From the human T2T-CHM13v2.0 reference genome, Homo sapiens, in NCBI RefSeq assembly GCF_009914755.1, contig NC_060930.1: a DNA stretch of 64,000 nt; one strand, written 5' to 3'. The notes beneath the pieces were generated by a model. That model was not told the DNA's origin, ran no database searches, and was given only the letters and a program-made list of their open reading frames with translations. Position numbers and translations under genes: made by a program. The stretch's first letter is position 1. Each line of letters starts with the position of its first letter. Shown in pieces: positions 1 through 11,460 of this stretch.

Positions 1-70
1 GTTTTGTTCCCATAAAACTTTATTTACAAAAAGAATCTCTGAGCTATATTTTGCTGGTACCTTCCCTAGA
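1..70. mobile_element. MER58-like hAT-Charlie DNA transposon end fragment
   Basis: ATAAAACTTTATTTACAAAAA motif resembles the MER58A terminal portion (recalled consensus); short and diverged. Confidence 0.4.
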
Positions 71-202
71 GGATAGCAGAGCCACAAGACAGAAAGAACT
101 TGGCCACTGATCACTACATAGAGGAAAGCTGCTTGTCAACCAGGAACAGCCATCTTCCACTATTATAATACGGACAAATAAGTTTCTATTGTATTTCATT
201 CA

Positions 203-844
203 TGTTTTAGTTTCCTATGTCTGCCATAACACAGTATTATTACAAAGTAAGAGGCTTAAAACAGTGGAATTTTATTGTCTTGCAGTTCTAGAGGCCAGAA
301 ATCCAAAATCAAGGACTGTGGTCCCTCTGAAACCTCTAGAGGAGAATCCTTCCCTGCCTCTTCCTAGCTTTGGGTGGCATCGGTCAGTCCTGGTCACTAC
401 AATCTGCCTCTGTCCTCACATAGCATTCTCCCTGTGTGTTTGTCTCTGTGTCTCTTCTCCTCTCTCTCTTGTTTTTCAAATAATAACATTGTACATAGTT
501 TTATTTTCATGAAGTCAACAGGAATTGGAAGGAAACTACAAAATATAAGTGATAAAAAAAGTGTGAAATAATACAATTTTACAGCAGGACTATCCTGTCT
601 GATCTCTTACCTCGGGTGTTTTAACATACTCTTCCCTCACTTCTGGACATATTCATGGCTCTTCTCTTATAAAGACACCAGTCATGTTGGATCAAGAAAC
701 CAGCTTGCTCCAGTATGACCTCATAGTCATGTATATCTTAATTACATCTGCAAAGACCCTATTTCCTTATAAGGTTACACTCAGATATATTAAAGATTAG
801 AACTTTAAACATGTCTTTTTGGAGGTCACAATTCACCTCACAAA
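203..844 (-). mobile_element. MLT1B/C-like MaLR solo LTR, interrupted by a ~190-bp insert at 471-658
   Basis: GGCTTAAAACAGTGGAATTTTATTGTCTTGCAGTTCTAGAGGCCAGAAATCCAAAATCAAGG ... CCAGTATGACCTCAT ... ATTACATCTGCAAAGACCCTATTTCC ... match the MLT1 reverse complement; appears nested in an older MLT1 (71-200, 845-890). Confidence 0.8.
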
Positions 845-1518
845 GTGATTATATGCTCTTAGGGAGACTTATTACTGAAGCCCACTGGACTATGACCATG
901 CTGTACTTCACTGATACTGGAAAAATTTATTTTTCACACTTTTTTCCTCACCCAAAGTGTCTCAGAGTTGTTGCTATTGCTTCTTTTTTTTTTCTTTTTC
1001 AAAAAATATATTTACGTGAAAGAAGAGTCACCATCTTTCTAGACCTCATGCTCAAGTCCATGGAGACTAGAAGGAAGGCAGAGATGATTCTGGAGAGGTA
1101 AGAAGGACAGCGATCTCAACAATAGGAAGACTTCATGCTGAAGCATTGTTCTACTCGCTCCTCCTGGTGACTGTGTAGCTGTGTTTCTAACTCTCCTTCC
1201 CTCAGCATAAGCTCTTGCCAGGGGTCTCTTTAGTCAGATATACTCTTGACCAGCATTACTTCCTTTTCTCTTGACCCTCCTGCTTACCACCCTCACAGAC
1301 ATGACGAGACCTGTTTAATCCCAAACTGAAAACAGCAGACACTCTGACCTCATATGCTTTTACTGAGAGCTATAAAACGTGTTAAAGACTAATGATAATT
1401 AGAACTTCATCTCCATCTCCAAACAATAATCTTCTTTTAGGTGAAGCTAACAAATGATTGGTTGACAGGAGCCTGTCAGAAAACTCCTATTTAGACAATT
1501 TTCTTCAAGCAAGAAGAA

Positions 1519-1579
1519 AGAAATAAAAGTACAGAAAGTTTAGAAATAAAAGTACAGAAAGTTTAGAAATCGAAGTACA
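1519..1579 (+). repeat. 23-bp tandem repeat, ~2.6 copies (AGAAATAAAAGTACAGAAAGTTT)
   Basis: Two perfect units (1519-1541, 1542-1564) plus a partial third unit. Confidence 0.95.
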
Positions 1580-1889
1580 AATCGGGGTGAGTCAAAAGGT
1601 CAAAACTTAATCTGTGGCACACATTGGCAGCCACCACCTGGTACATCTGGTATTATGGTTCTTTTTATTATTATTATTTTTAAATATTTTATTATACTTT
1701 AAGTTCTGGGATACATGTGCAGAATGTGCAGGTTTGTTACATAGGTATACATGTGCCATGGTGGTTTGCTGCACCCATCAACCTGTCATCTACATCAGGT
1801 ATTTCTCCTAATGCTAACCCTCCCCTTGTCCCCCAACCCCCCTACAGGCCCTGGCATATGATGTTCCCCTCCCTGTGCCCATATGTTCT

Positions 1890-4800
1890 CATTGTTCAAC
1901 TCCCACTTATAAGTGAGAACATGTGGTGTTTGGTTTTCTGTTCCTATGATAGTTTTCTGAGAAAGACAGTTTCCAGCTTCATCCACGTCCCTGCAAAGGA
2001 CATGAACTCATTCTTTATTATAGCTGCATAATATTCCATGGTATATATGTGCCACATTTTCTTTATCCAGTCTATTATTGATGGGCATTTGGGTTGGTTT
2101 CAAGTCTTTGCTATTGTGAATAGTGCTGCAATAAACATATGTGTGCATGTGTCTTTATATTAGAATGATTTATAATCCTTTGGGTATATACCCAGTAATG
2201 GGATGGCTGGGTCAAATGGTATTTCTAGTTCTAGATCCTTGAGGAATTGCCACTCTGTCTTCCACAATGGTTGAACTATTATTTACACTCCCACCAACAG
2301 TGTAAAAGCATTCCTATTTCTCCACATTCTCTCCAGCATCTGTTGTTTCTTGACTTTTTAATGATCGCCATTCTAACTGGGGTGAGATAGTATCTCATTT
2401 GTGGTTTTGATTTGCATTTCTCTAATGAACAGTGATGATGAGCTTTTTTTTCATATGTTTGTTGGCTGCATAAATGTCTTCTTTTGAGAAGTGCCTGTTA
2501 ATATCCTTCACCCACTTTTTGATGGATATCAAAAGTGGATATCCATCTGGATATTAGCCCTTTCTCAGATGGATAGATTGCAAAAATTTTCTCCCATTCT
2601 GTGGGTTGCCTATTCACTTTGATGATAGTTTCTTTTGCTGTGCAGAAGCTCTTTAGTTTAATTAGATCCTATTTATCAATTTTGGCTTTTGTTGCCGTTG
2701 CTTTTGGTGTTTTAGTCATGAAGTCTTTGCCCATGCCTATGTCCTGAATGGTATTGCCTAGGTTTTCTTCTAGGTTTTTTATGGTTTTAGGTCTTAAGTT
2801 TAAGCCTTTAATCCATCTTGAGTTAATTTTTGTATAAGGTGTAAGTAAAGGGTCCAGTTTCAGTTTTCTGCATATGGCAAAGCCAGATTTCCCAACACCA
2901 TTTATTAAACAGGGAATTCTTTCCCCATTTCTTGTTTTTGTCAAGTTTGTCAAAGATCAGATGGTTGTAGATGTGTGGTGTTATTTTCGAGGCCTCTGTT
3001 CTGTTCCATTGGTCTATATATCTGTTTTGTTACCAGTACCATTCTGTTTTGGTTACTGTAGCCTTGTAGTATAGTTTGAAGTCAGCTAGTGTGATGCCTC
3101 AAGCTTTGTTCTTTTTGCTTAGGATTGTCTTGGCTATGCAGCCTCTTTTTTGGTTCCATATAAAATTTAAAGAAGTTTTTTGTAATTCGGTGAAGAAAGT
3201 CAATGGTAGCTTGATGGGACTAGCATTGAATCTATAAATTACTTCAGGCAGCATGGCCATTTTTATGATATTGATTCTTCCTATCCATGAGCATGGAATG
3301 TTTTTCCATTTATTTGTGTCCTCTCTTATTTCCTTGAGCAGTGGTTTGTAGTATTCCTTGAAGAGGTCCTTCACATCCCTTGTAAGTTGGATTCCTAGGT
3401 ATTTCATTCTCTTTGTAGCAATTGTGAATAGGAGTTCACTCATGATTTGGCTCTCTGTATATTATTTGTGTATAGGAATGCTTGTGGTTTTTGCACATTG
3501 ATTTTGTATCCTGAGACTTTGCTGAAATTGCTTATCAGCTTAAGGAGATTTTGGGCTGAGATGATGGGGTTTTCTGAATATACAATCATGTTATCTGCAA
3601 ACAGAGACAATTTTACTTCCTCTCTTCCTATTTGAATACCCTTTATTTTGTTCTCTTGCCTGTTTGCCCTGACCAGAACTTCCAATACTAGGTTGAGTAG
3701 GAGTGGTGAGAGAGGGCATCCTTGCCTTGTGCTGGTTTTCAAAAGGAATGCTTCCAGTTTTTGCCCATTCAGTATGACATTGGCTGTGGGTTTTTCATAA
3801 ATAGCTCTTATTATTTTGAGATACTTTCCATCAATACCTTGTTTATTGAGAGTTTTTAGCGTGAAGGGGTGTTGAATTTTATCGAAGGCCTTTTCTGCAT
3901 CTATTGAGATAATCATGTGGTTTTTGTCATTAGTTCTGTTTATGTGATGGATTACTGATTTGCATATGTTGAACCAGCCTTGCATCCCAGGGATGAAGCC
4001 GACTTGATCATGGTGGATAAGCTTTTTAATGTGCTGCTGGATTTGGTTTGACAGTATTTTACTGAGGATTTTTGTATCAATGTTCCTCAGGGATATCGGC
4101 CTGAAATTTTCTCTTTTTGTTGTGTCTCTGCCAGGTTTTGGTATCAGGATGATGCTGGCCTCATAAAATGATTTAGGGAGGAGTCCCTCTTTTCTATTGT
4201 TTGGAATAGTTTCGTAAGGAATGGTACCAGCTCCTCTTTGTACCTCTGGTAGAATTCGGCTGTGAATCGGTCTGGTCCTGGGCTTTTTTTGGTTGGTAGG
4301 TTATTAATTACTCCCTCAATTTCAGAAATTGTTATTGGTCTATTCACTTCTATGCATAGAGGTGTTTATAGTATTCTCTGATGGTAGTTTGTATTTCTGT
4401 GGGATCAGTGGTGATATTCCCTTTATCATTTTTTATTCTGTCTATTTGATTCTTCTCTCTTTTCTGTTTTATTAGTCTGGCTAGCAGTCTACCTATTTTG
4501 TTAATCTTTTCAAAAAGCCTGCTCCTGGATTCATTGATTTTTCGAAGGGTTTTTCATGTTGCTGTCTCCTTCAGTTCTGCTCTGATATTAGTTATTTCTT
4601 GTCTTCTGCTAGCTTTTGAATTTGTTTGCTCTTGCTTCTCTAGTTATTTTAATTGTGATGTTAGGGTGTTGCTTTTAGATCTTTCTCACTTTCTCCTGTG
4701 GGCATTTAGTGCTATAAATTTCCCTCTAAACACTGCTTTAGCTGCATCCCAGAGATTCTGGCATGTTGTGTCTTTGTTCTCATTGGTTTCAAATAACTTA

Positions 4801-5925
4801 TTTATTTCTGCCTTCGTTTTGTTATTTATGCAGTAGTCATTCAGGAGCAGGTTGTTCAGTTTCCATGTAGTTGCACCTGTGTTGAGTGAGTTTCTTAATC
4901 CTGAGTTCTAATTTGATTGCACTGTGGTCTGAGTAACTGTTTGTTATGATTTCTGTTCTTTTGCAGTTGCTAAGGAGTGTTTTACTTCCAATTATGTGGT
5001 CAGTTTTAGAATAAGTGCTATGTGGTGCTGAGAAGAATGTATATTCTGCTGATTTGAGGTGGAGAGTTTTGTAGATGTGTATTAGGTCCACTTGATCCAG
5101 AGCTGAGCTCAAGTCCTGAATATCCTTTTTAATTTTCTGTCTCATTGATCTGTCTAATATTGACAGTGGAGTGTTAAATTCTCCCACTATTATTGTATGC
5201 GAGTTGAAGTCTTTTGTAGGTCTCTAAGAACTTGCTTTATGAATCTGGGTGCTTCTGTATTGGGTGCATATATATTTAGGATAGTTAGTTCTTCTTGTTG
5301 CATTGATCCCTTTATCATTCTGTAATGTTCTTCTTTGTATTTTTCTTTTAATCTTTGTTGGTTTAAAGTCTGTTTTATCAGAGACTAGGATTGCAACCCC
5401 TGCTTTTTTTTGCGTTCCATTTCCTTGGTAAGTCTTCCTCCATCCCTTTATTTTGAGCCTATGTGTGTCTTTGCACATGAGATGTGTCTCCTGAATACAG
5501 CACACTGATGGGTCTTGACTCTTTATCCAATGTGCTAGTCTGTGTCTTTTAACTGGGGCACTTAGTCCATTTACATGTAAATTTAATATCGTTGGCTGGG
5601 TGCAGTGGCTCACGCCTGTAATCCCAGCACTTTGGGAGGCTTAGGTGGGCGAATCACAAGGTCAGGAGTTCAAGACCAGTCTGGCCAACATGGTGAAACC
5701 CCGTCTCTACTAAAAATAAAGAAAATTAGCTGGGCGTAGTGGTGGGTGCCTATAATCCCAGCTACTCAGGAGGCTGAGGCAGGAGAATCACTTGAACCTG
5801 GGAGACGGAGGTTGCACTGAGCCGAGATGGGTGCCACTGTACTCCAGCCCAGTGATAGAGTGAGACCGTGCCTCAAAAAAAAAAAAAAAATTGCTATGTG
5901 TGAATTTGATCCTGTCATTATGATG
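1890..5925 (-). pseudogene. Disrupted L1 ORF2 (endonuclease + reverse transcriptase); boundaries approximate
   Basis: ORF pieces with EN motifs (VNGL..CCIQETHL, GEFNTPL, SDH) and RT motifs (RQGCPLSP; LFADNM, i.e. catalytic FADD changed to FADN); several frameshifts, deletions and an Alu insertion. Confidence 0.92.
5594..5890 (+). mobile_element. AluS (AluSg-like) inserted into the start of L1 ORF2
   Basis: GGCTGGGTGCAGTGGCTCACGCCTGTAATCCCAGC; dimer with poly(A); 2-bp-deleted ATCACAAGGTCAGGAGTTC; degenerate TSD AATATCGTT/AAAATTGCT. Confidence 0.95.
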
Positions 5926-5988
5926 CTAGCTGGTTATTTTGCCCATTAGTTGATGCAGTATTTTCATAGTGTTGATGGTCTTTACATT

Positions 5989-6859
5989 TCAGTATGTTTT
6001 TGCAGTGGCTGATAATGGTTTTTCCTTTCCATATTTAGTGCTTCCTTCAGGAGTTCTTGTAAGGCAGGCCGGCTTGTGACAAAAATCCCTCAGCATTTGC
6101 TTGTCTTTAAAGGATTTTATTTCTCCTTTGCTTATGAAGCTTAGTTTGGGTGGATATGAAATTCTGGGTTGAAAATTCTTTTCTTTAAGAATGTTGAATA
6201 TTGGTCCCCACTCTCTTCTGGCTTCTAGGGTTTCTGCAGAGAGATCTGCTGTTAGTCTGATGGGCTTCCCTTTGTGGGTAACCCAACCTTTCTCTCTGGC
6301 TGCCCTTAACATTTGCTCCTTCATTTCAACCTTGGTGAATCTGATGATTATGTGTCTTGGGGTTGCTCTTCTCAGGGAGTATCTTTGTGGTATTCTCTGT
6401 ATTTCCTGAATTTGTATATTGGCCTGTCTTGCTAGGTTGGAGAAGTTCTCCTGGATAATATCCTGAAGTGTGTTTTCCAAGTTGGTTCCTTTCTCCCTGT
6501 CATTTTGAGGTACATCAATCAAATGTAGGTTTGGTCTTTTCACATAGTCCCATATTTCTTGGAGGCTTTGTTCATTCCTTTTAATTCTTTTTTCTCTAAT
6601 CTTGTCTTCATGCTTTATTTCATTAAGTTCACCTTCAGTCTTTGATATCCTTTCTTCCGCTTGATCGATTTGGCTATTCATACTTGTGTAAGCTTCATGA
6701 AGTTCTTGTGCTGTGTTTTTCAGCTCCATCAGGTCATTTATTTTCTTCTCTAAACTGGTTATTCTAATTAGCAGTTCCTGTAACCTTTTATCAAGGTTCT
6801 TAGCTTCCTTCCATTGGGTTTTTGGAATTTTCAGCCTTTTTGCTCTATTTTTAATTCAT
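5989..6859 (-). pseudogene. Disrupted L1 ORF1 (coiled coil-RRM-CTD)
   Basis: 246-aa ORF with EQSLQEIWDYVKRPNL, RATPRHIIIRF, GKPIRLTADLSAETL, NFQPRISYP; start ATG (6859) followed by a stop at codon 3; ~140-bp deletion near 6818; C-terminal frameshift. Confidence 0.92.
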
Positions 6860-7541
6860 CTTCATGGCTTTATCTACCTTTGGTCTTTGGTGTTGGAGGT
6901 CTTTGGATGGGGTTTTTGCATGGGCATCCTTTTTGCTGATGTTGATGCTATTCCTTTCTGTTTTTTTTCCTTCTAATAGTCAGGGCCCTCTTCTACAGGT
7001 CTGCTGGAGTTTGCTGGAGTTCCACTCCAGACCCTGTTTGTCTGGGTATCACCAGCGGAGGCTGCAGAACAACAAAGATTGCTGCCTGTTCCTTCCTCTG
7101 GAAGCTTCGTCCCAGAGGGGCACCCACCAGATGCCAGCCGGAGCTCTCCTGTATAAGGTGTCTCCCAGACAGGATGCACGGGGGTCAAGGACCCACTTGA
7201 GGAGGCAGTCTGTCCCTTAGCAGAGCTCGAGCGCTATGCTGGGAGATCCACTGCTCTCTTCAGAGCCAGCAGGCAGGAGCATTTAATTCTGCTGAAGCTG
7301 CACCCAGAGCTGCCCCTTCCCCCAGGTGCTCTGTCCCAGGGAGATGGGAGTTTTATCTATAAGCCCCTGACTGGGGCTGCTGCCTTTCTTTCAGAGATGG
7401 CCTGCCCAGAGAGGAGGAATCTAGAGAGGCAGTGTAGCTACAGTGGCTTCATGGTGCTGCGGTGGGTTCTGCACCCAGTTCGAACTTCCTGGAGGCTTTG
7501 TTTACAGTGTGAGGAGAAAACTGCCTACTCAAGCCTCAATA

Positions 7542-7670
7542 ATGACCAGTGTCCCACCCCCCACCAAGCTCAAGTGTCCCAGGTTGACTTCAGAGTGCTG
7601 TGCTGGCAGCAAGAATTTCAAGCCAGTGCATCTTAGCCTGTCAGGCTTCATTGGGGGTGGGATCCACTGA
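7542..7670 (+). pseudogene. L1 ORF0-like antisense ORF (42 aa, apparently frameshift-truncated)
   Basis: MTSVPPPTKLKCPRLTSECCAGS aligns with the recalled L1HS ORF0 N-terminus MAGAPPPASLPPCSLISDCCASN; antisense within the L1 5'UTR. Confidence 0.65.
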
Positions 7671-9035
7671 GCAAGACCTCTTGGCTCCCTGACTTCAGCC
7701 CCCTTTCCAGGGGAGTGAATGGTTCTGTCTCGCTGGCATTCCATACACCACTGGGGTATGAAAAAAACTCCTGCAGCTAGCTCGGTGTCTGCCCAAATGG
7801 CTGCCCAGTTTTGTGCTTGAAACCCAGGGCCCTGGTGGTGTAGGCACCCGAGGGAATCTCCTGGTCTGTGGGTTGCGAAAACCATGGGAAAAGCATAGTG
7901 TCTGGGCCAGATAGCACTGTTCCTCATGGCACAGTCCCTAACAGCTTCCCTTGGCTAGGGGAGGAAGTTCTCTGACCCCTTGCACTTCCCAGGTGAGGTG
8001 ATGCCTCACCCTGCTTCTGCTCACCCTCCATGGGCTGCACCCACTGTCTAACCAGTCCCAATGAGACGAAGTGGGTACCTCAATTGGAAATGCAGAAATC
8101 ACCTGCCTTCTTCTTTGATCTCACTGGGAGCTGCAGACCAGAGCTCTTCCTAGCCATCTTGCCAGCCATCTGTTATGGTTCTTAAAACATTAATTTGCTA
8201 TTGTGTGTTCAGCTTATCTAAAAAATAAAGTATGGGAATCAGTGAATTTTGAGGAGAAGGCAATGCTCTTATGTGTGTGTATATGGTGTGTGTCTGTATT
8301 TGTGCCTATGGATAATCATTAGTTTCTCAAATGTATGCAAGTGATACAGCACATATGTGTATTTCCCAGTCTTCATACGCTCAACAGACCAGCCTTCTTT
8401 TTCCACCTCGGACATATGTTTCTGGGTAGGTTTCCTGATTTGTAATCAGTCAGCCTCTGATATTCACTGTGACTTTGGTTTCCAGCCCTGTCTGGAAGAA
8501 CTCCAGCCTGGGAGAATGTAAACATTTTATTCAGAAGCCTGTGATGTTGGAAAGAGGAGGTTTTGGATGATTTTTGTTTTTGTTTGGACTTGGGTCAGTG
8601 TCTCCCATTTATAGCTGGAATGTGAACTGCATGGCTTCAGATGTGTTTTGGAAGATTGATGTGGGCCTCATGAAACTCAGCTACAGTGGAGCCTCAGGAG
8701 ACTAGGAGCTGGTTATCATATTAAGAAACACATTTCTTTTTATCAGTGAATATTAATGCTGAACAGTGAAGCTGTGGAACTCCTTCTCTTACACCGGCAA
8801 CCTCAGCCCTCCTAGAAAAGCTGTGTAGTCAGAACCAGTGTTAGGGGGAGTTCTTTATGGTTTCTCCAACAGTCGTTGATACTGAGTAAAAAGGGACTAC
8901 CCAGGGGATTTCAAGTCAAAATCTAAGAACTAAACTTATTTCTGTTAATGATATGAATGACATGTCATTGGTGAATGGAAAGAAAATGCTCTCAATATAT
9001 GGAGCTATAGGAATAAATGCTAGAAGTGAGGCTAA

Positions 9036-9523
<488 letters not shown>

Positions 9524-11194
9524 TGATTGCTAAGAAAATTTTCCATCTTTTCCAACGAAAATGCAGGATCTAAAACAGAATTGCAAAGTTATTCCAAAAT
9601 CAAACCAAACAAACGAACAAACTAATCATTAACATTTAAAAATCAGGAGATCGCACCTAAGAATCTGCATTTCTTCAGTCTCCTGGAATGCAGGTGCATG
9701 TGGTAGCACTGAGTCTGCATTTCTGCATACTGGAACTGGGTAGATGGAGCTACCTTTTAATGTGACACGTGCTCCCAGTCTTATTAAGGCAGGCCAGCTT
9801 TACCCATTTGTGTGAGCTGCCCTGTCCTTGTAGGCATTTGAATTTTTAACGTTTGGTCTATAGGAAAGAAAACTTCTGCAATATTTTTTTTTCTTCCTTG
9901 AGACTCTAAGTGATGTTTTGGAATTGGAAATGAGCTATGGTTAGTGAATGGAAATGGTCAGTGGAAATATGTAATTAAAGGGACTTCCCTAGAGCCACGA
10001 TCTAAATGTATTTGGGCAACAATGGTGCTTAGTGTTACCCATGTCGAAAAGACTCATCAGTCTGAACTTAGTTTTCACAGATACATGCTCAGGGGAAACG
10101 TTTCCTCCTGAAGATGATTCCTCTTGGTTTTGACTGCCTGGATCAGTTCATAAAGCTGGAGTTATGGCTTCTTCAAAAAAGCCTGTCTCTCATGCTGTGG
10201 TAAAATATGTGGTCACCTGGCTGGTGAAGAGTTTCTGGGTCCCATAATATTTTACATAGGACACAAAAAATGGAATGCTTTTGGACTTAAACCTGTTTTC
10301 TTTTCAACTCCTTCTGCCTAGAGGAGATGGTAGCCTCAGAAGAGTTCTTACTTCCCCTTCCTAGAACTGTGCAAATCTTTCAGGTCCCAGCTGGTAATGG
10401 AGAAATTACTTTTTGTTATTTAAAAAATATAAACAGGAAAAATAAAAACCATGATATTTCATGAAATACAACTTCTTTTCTGTTTTCTACTAAATAAGAC
10501 AAATTTTTTTTTATATGTGTTCAGGTTCCTGACTGTCTTTAGTACTTTACCTTCTCATGGTCTCTACTCTCTTGCAATTTATTTTATATAGTCTTTTTCC
10601 AGGAATCCTCCCGTCTCATTAGATTTTTCTTTTTGTTCCTTTCCATGCTGCTGTATTTTCCTTTTATTTTAGAACCTGTGTCTAATTTTCCAGCTCTCTA
10701 CTTTTATTCTTATTTTCCTTTTGTCAGCCTGGTGTCTTTTATTTTCTATTGTTTCATTTTTTCCCTCTCTGTGCCCTTTTTCATGTGCTATTATACAGGG
10801 TTTGCTTATTTTTCACTTCTGTTCAGTTTGTTTTATTCTCTTACCATGCATTCATACCTCCTGCTTCAAAACCAAAAAACCCGAAACTGATTCTTACTTT
10901 TTTAATTGTAACCCTCTCCCTAGTTTATTTACACTAACTTTACACTATGAGTTTTTTATACTTGAAATTGCCAAAATTTCCTTATCACTTAGTTTTCTCC
11001 CAGTTTCCCATAGAAAATTCAGTGGATGTTCTTTCCATATGTCAGCTGCTGTGGTAACCCAAGACAGAGGTCATTATGTTCAGTTCTGATCACATTTTGT
11101 TCTTTCGCTGGCTGTATTACCTGAAGGAAGCCACAGTCTCTGTCTGGGTCTCATTTTTTTTTATCTAGTAAAGTTAACAGGGAGAACAAGGTGT

Positions 11195-11330
11195 GGTTCT
11201 CAGATGAGGCACACCTGTGAGCTCGCCAGAACTGTGCTACCTCAGGTCTCACTCCACACTTCCTGACGTGGTATCTGCATTTTTACAAGATCTCCCGCTG
11301 ATCTGTGCCCTCATGGAAGTTTGAGAAGCA
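11195..11330. mobile_element. MER5B-like hAT element
   Basis: GGTTCTCA ... ATCTGCATTTTTACAAGATCTCCCGCTGAT ... AAGTTTGAGAAGCAC. Confidence 0.6.
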
Positions 11331-11373
11331 CAATCTCGATGCTCTTTGGGGGTTTTTCCAGGTTTAACTTTGC

Positions 11374-11460
11374 TGAAAATAAGGGAAAACCTATTTTACT
11401 AAGTGAAAATAAGTGAAATATTTTAATAAGTGAAAATAAGGGAAAAACATAAAGTGAAAA
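11374..11460 (+). repeat. Degenerate AAGTGAAAAT/AAGGGAAAA repeat cluster
   Basis: TGAAAATAAGGGAAAA at 11374 and 11431; AAGTGAAA at 11401, 11411, 11428, 11452. Confidence 0.8.

Larger units (their letters stand above)
1664..8170 (-). mobile_element. Full-length LINE-1, L1PA7-like (inactive)
   Basis: 3'UTR and degraded poly(A) at 1664; ORF2 and ORF1 remnants; 5'UTR starting ..GGCTGGCAAGATGGC..; TSD TTATGGTTCTT at 1653-1663 and 8173-8183; L1-endonuclease-type site TT/AAGAA on the minus strand. Confidence 0.95.

Noticed and set aside
1043-1097. Possible exon TTTCTAG|ACCTC...GAG|GTAAGA
   Set aside because: Short pyrimidine tract with several upstream AGs; no further support
1519-1579. Short direct repeats as a possible CRISPR-like array (also 11374-11460, 49502-49620)
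   Set aside because: No unique spacers, too few units, eukaryotic context, no cas genes
1664-8170. Potentially active full-length L1
   Set aside because: ORF1 has an early stop, a deletion and a frameshift; ORF2 is split by an Alu, deletions and stops; RT FADD is mutated to FADN
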